DNA of 64,000 nucleotides. Source: Elusimicrobia bacterium GWF2_62_30 (GTDB lineage Bacteria; Elusimicrobiota; Elusimicrobia; Elusimicrobiales; UBA9959). Position 1 is the stretch's first letter. Every line of letters begins with the position of its first letter. Below are positions 61,625 to 64,000 of the stretch, piece by piece. The DNA is taken from NCBI GenBank assembly GCA_001799995.1, contig MGUK01000084.1:92320-156319 (forward strand), in the 5' to 3' direction. Below the pieces are notes generated by a model. The model ran no database searches and was not told the DNA's origin. It saw only the letters and a program-made list of their open reading frames with translations. The translations under genes and the position numbers were made by a program.

Positions 61625-62344
61625 ATGTTCGCTGAAGGCTACATCGGCATAGCGGGTATCATCGGGGTGGGGAAGTCCACGCTGACCATGGAACTGGCCA
61701 AGGCGCTCAACTTCGAGCCCGTGCTCGAAGAGGTCGGCGGCAACCCCTACCTGGAAAGTTTTTACGGCGACATGAAGCAGTTCGGCACCATCATGCAGAT
61801 CTGGCTCTTGAACCACCGCTTCCGCCAGCACCGCGAATTCGTCTCCCGCATCAGCCTCGGCAAGATCCGCGGCGTGGTGCAGGACCGCACCATCTGGGAA
61901 GACACCATCTTCGCGCGCATGCTCAACCGGCACCCGGACAAGATCATCTCGGACATGGACTACAACACCTACCTGGACCTGTTCGACAACATGGTCCTGC
62001 GCGAGATGGTCTACCCGCAGCTGATGATCTTCCTGGACTGCCGCGTGGAAACTTCCATCGCCCGCATAAAATCCCGCGGCCGCAATATGGAAAAGAGCAT
62101 CGACCCCTACTACCTCAGGAGCCTGCAGGAGAACTATTACGAGTTCATCGAGGAGATGGAGGACGCCGGCGTGCGCATCCTGCGCCTGAACTGGGAAAGC
62201 TACCAGCCGATCAGCGAAGTGGCGCGCCTGGTGCACGAGTATTCGCTCAAGCCCTCCAACTTCACCAAGTGGGTGCGCCCGCTGCGCAAGCTCGGCGTCG
62301 ATAACGAAGCCAACCTGCCCAAGAAAGTGGCGGTGGCCGGTTGA
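61625..62344 (+). CDS. Deoxynucleoside kinase
   Basis: GIIGVGKST, QDRTIWED, RIKSRGR..E. Confidence 0.9.
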   Translation: MFAEGYIGIAGIIGVGKSTLTMELAKALNFEPVLEEVGGNPYLESFYGDMKQFGTIMQIWLLNHRFRQHREFVSRISLGKIRGVVQDRTIWEDTIFARMLNRHPDKIISDMDYNTYLDLFDNMVLREMVYPQLMIFLDCRVETSIARIKSRGRNMEKSIDPYYLRSLQENYYEFIEEMEDAGVRILRLNWESYQPISEVARLVHEYSLKPSNFTKWVRPLRKLGVDNEANLPKKVAVAG

Positions 62345-63027
62345 TGCGTCCCAACGGGATCATAATCGCCATCGACGGGCCGGCGGGCGTCGGCAAGTCC
62401 ACCGTCGGCAAGATGGTGGCCGACCGCGTCGGCTACAGCTTTATCAGCACGGGCAAAATGTACCGGGCGCTCGCCTGGAAGGCCCTGGAGCTCGGGCTCG
62501 ACCTGGAAGACGACGGCGCGCTGGTAAAGCTGGCCGGGTCGCTCAAGTGGGGCTTCCCTAAAGGAAAGGGCCCCGAGGCCGGCGTCTCCCTCGACGGGCG
62601 CGCGCTCGACCTGGAGATCACCGACGAACGCGCGGGCAAGGCCAGCTCCGGCATAGCGCGGCTGGCCGGCGTGCGGCTGTTCATGCGCGACATGCAGCGC
62701 CAGGCCGGCGTTCCCGGCGGCGTGGTCATGGAAGGCCGCGACATCGGCACCAATGTTTTTCCCGACGCGGAACTCAAAGTCTATCTTGACGCTTCGCCGG
62801 AGGCCAGGGCGGAGCGCCGCGTCGGCCAGCTGCGCGGGCAGGGCCTGGAAGCCGATTACGCCCAGATCCTGGATTTCATAATCAAGCGCGACGCGCAGGA
62901 TTCCGGCCGGAAGAACAACCCGCTCCGGAAAGCGGAGGACGCGCATTACCTCGATTCCACCGCCATGCCCAGGGAGAACGTCGTGGCCGCGATAGAGCGC
63001 CTTTTCCGGGAGGCCGTTAAGCCGTGA
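62344..63027 (+). CDS. cmk: Cytidylate kinase
   Basis: IDGPAGVGKST, TG.MYR, EGRDIGT.VFP, RD..DS.R. Confidence 0.96.
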   Translation: MRPNGIIIAIDGPAGVGKSTVGKMVADRVGYSFISTGKMYRALAWKALELGLDLEDDGALVKLAGSLKWGFPKGKGPEAGVSLDGRALDLEITDERAGKASSGIARLAGVRLFMRDMQRQAGVPGGVVMEGRDIGTNVFPDAELKVYLDASPEARAERRVGQLRGQGLEADYAQILDFIIKRDAQDSGRKNNPLRKAEDAHYLDSTAMPRENVVAAIERLFREAVKP

Positions 63028-63620
63028 TAAAGCTGTCCCTGGACCTGGTTTTCCTTTTCTTCAGGACCTGGTTCCGCATCTTCAACCGCATCGAAGTGAT
63101 AGGGCTGGAGAAAGTTCCGAAGGAAGGCCCGCTGATAATCGCCTGCAACCACCTTTCCATAGCAGATCCGCCGGCGCTGCTGGCGTTCACGGCCCTGGCC
63201 CGCAGGGTCAACGTGATGGCGAAAAAAGAGCTGTTCTCCATCCCCGTGCTCGGCTGGTTCATACTGCGCTGGGGGGCCATCCCGGTGGACCGCAAAAAGG
63301 AAGGGGGGGACCTGGGCGCGCTGCGCGGTTCCCTCAACGTGCTCAAGAAAAACGGGCTCCTGACCATCTTCCCGGAAGGCACCCGCGCCCAGGGCCGGAA
63401 ACTCCAGGCCAAGTCGGGAGTGGCCTTCCTAGCGCATAAATCCGGGGCCCCGGTGCTTACCGCCCGGATATTTAACAGCGACAACTTCGCAAAATTAGGT
63501 AAAATAACTATTAAGTACGGTAATATAACGCACTTTGAGCCCCAGGAAGACATTAAAGCCGCCTACGCCCAATTTTCTGAATCGCTGCTGTCGGACATTT
63601 TTTCAATAACGAAGGAGTAG
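63024..63620 (+). CDS. plsC: 1-acyl-sn-glycerol-3-phosphate acyltransferase
   Basis: NHLSIAD, FPEGTR; GTG start. Confidence 0.92.
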   Translation: MIKLSLDLVFLFFRTWFRIFNRIEVIGLEKVPKEGPLIIACNHLSIADPPALLAFTALARRVNVMAKKELFSIPVLGWFILRWGAIPVDRKKEGGDLGALRGSLNVLKKNGLLTIFPEGTRAQGRKLQAKSGVAFLAHKSGAPVLTARIFNSDNFAKLGKITIKYGNITHFEPQEDIKAAYAQFSESLLSDIFSITKE

Positions 63621-63627
63621 TAGCCCC

Positions 63628-64000
63628 ATGGAAATCAACGAAACCCAGCCCATCGAAGACCAGGATAACGAGAACAAGCCGGCCCCGCGCCCCGAGGATG
63701 AGATGTCCATGGCGGACCTCCTGAAAGCGGAGACCGAGGTCTCGGAAAAGATCTATTCGCGCGACATGGTCACGGTGAAAGTGATCCAGGTGAACCAGGA
63801 ATTCGTCTTCGTCGACATCGGCGAAAAGAAAGAGGCCGTCATCCCCCTGGCCGAATTCCAGGACGAGAAGACCCCGGAGCCCGGCGACGAAGTGATGGCC
63901 GTGCTCGAGAAAAAAGGCGGCGAAGGGCGCAACACCATCATGTCGCACCGCCGCGCCAGGGAGCGCGCCGCGCTCGATATGGTCCGCAAGATGTACGAGG
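63628..64000 (+). CDS. rpsA: 30S ribosomal protein S1 (3'-truncated by window)
   Basis: ATG after GGAG; S1 motif 'VFVDIGEKKEAVIPLAEF...PGDEV...MSHRRA'; cmk-plsC-rpsA order. Confidence 0.8.
   Translation, partial: MEINETQPIEDQDNENKPAPRPEDEMSMADLLKAETEVSEKIYSRDMVTVKVIQVNQEFVFVDIGEKKEAVIPLAEFQDEKTPEPGDEVMAVLEKKGGEGRNTIMSHRRARERAALDMVRKMYE

Overview
GC-rich bacterial chromosomal window with no integrase, transposase, CRISPR array or rRNA. Gene content (PorV-like barrels paired with FlgD-Ig/T9SS-like C-terminal-domain proteins, a short-leader type IV pilin, class II RNR) suggests Elusimicrobiota; this is inference. It opens inside a >4,480-aa beta-propeller surface protein followed by a PorV-like gene. 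A second cargo+PorV-like pair (papain-family protease) lies at 25.5-28.2 kb. The rest is mostly housekeeping: valS, hemW, nusB, ligA, kbl, GH57, rluA-type, lgt, eno, pgm, psd/pssA, holB, tmk, nrdJ, ftsQAZ, pilT, dNK, cmk, plsC, partial rpsA, tRNA-Leu(TAA) and tRNA-Lys(TTT). Most notable: (i) four full-length genes (MetRS-, PurH-, Tdh- and O-methyltransferase-like) whose catalytic residues are replaced while the fold is kept; (ii) two cargo/PorV-like modules sharing a C-terminal sorting signal; (iii) a 136-nt rod-like structured element between nrdJ and tmk; (iv) a 1,018-aa coiled-coil protein with no globular domain. Motif comparisons are from recalled family consensus, not from computed alignments.
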